Positions 63,951 to 64,000 of a stretch of DNA of 64,000 nt are shown here, in pieces. The DNA comes from Takakia lepidozioides (lineage: Eukaryota; Plantae; Bryophyta). The notes under the pieces are model-generated. The model had not been told where the DNA came from and made no database searches. It saw nothing but the letters and a program-made list of their open reading frames with translations. The translations under genes and the position numbers were made by a program. Every line of letters begins with the position of its first letter. Within the stretch, counting starts at the first letter, position 1. The stretch is taken from positions 9,858,001 through 9,922,000 of the forward strand of contig CM060731.1 of assembly GCA_030704615.1 (NCBI GenBank), written 5' to 3'.

Positions 63951-64000
63951 ATGTGAATTCAGCATAGCTACGGCGTGAGCCCAGCCCCGTGAGCCTGGGA

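Overview
Eukaryotic nuclear DNA from a seed-free land plant. The lineage is inferred from plant-type genes with a plastid transit peptide, PLS-type PPR fragments, TTTAGGG motifs and a centriolar CEP120 gene, which implies flagellated sperm. Four intact spliced host genes were reconstructed by hand from GT-AG junctions and reading frame: plastid IGPD/HISN5 (1305-4601, +), a CCCH zinc-finger protein with a PP1-docking-like KVSW motif (12461-18068, +), CEP120-like (39502-48656, +) and TRM112 (50130-51862, +). A fifth, partial coiled-coil gene probably runs off the left edge on the minus strand. The rest is mostly decayed mobile DNA: a Helitron whose Pif1 helicase is fused to an AP-endonuclease (Helentron-type) with nearby OB-fold and trihelix remnants, two chromodomain Ty3/gypsy elements, several LTRs, a LINE with two tandem 2A-like (GDIHPNPGP) motifs, two copies of an RTE-X-like LINE, hAT, Sola-like and CACTA transposons, and an OSB PDF-motif/PPR chimeric pseudogene. 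No database searches were run, so family names rest on motif recognition. I found no clearly intact novel multi-gene system. The strongest leads are unusual domain fusions and structural signatures.
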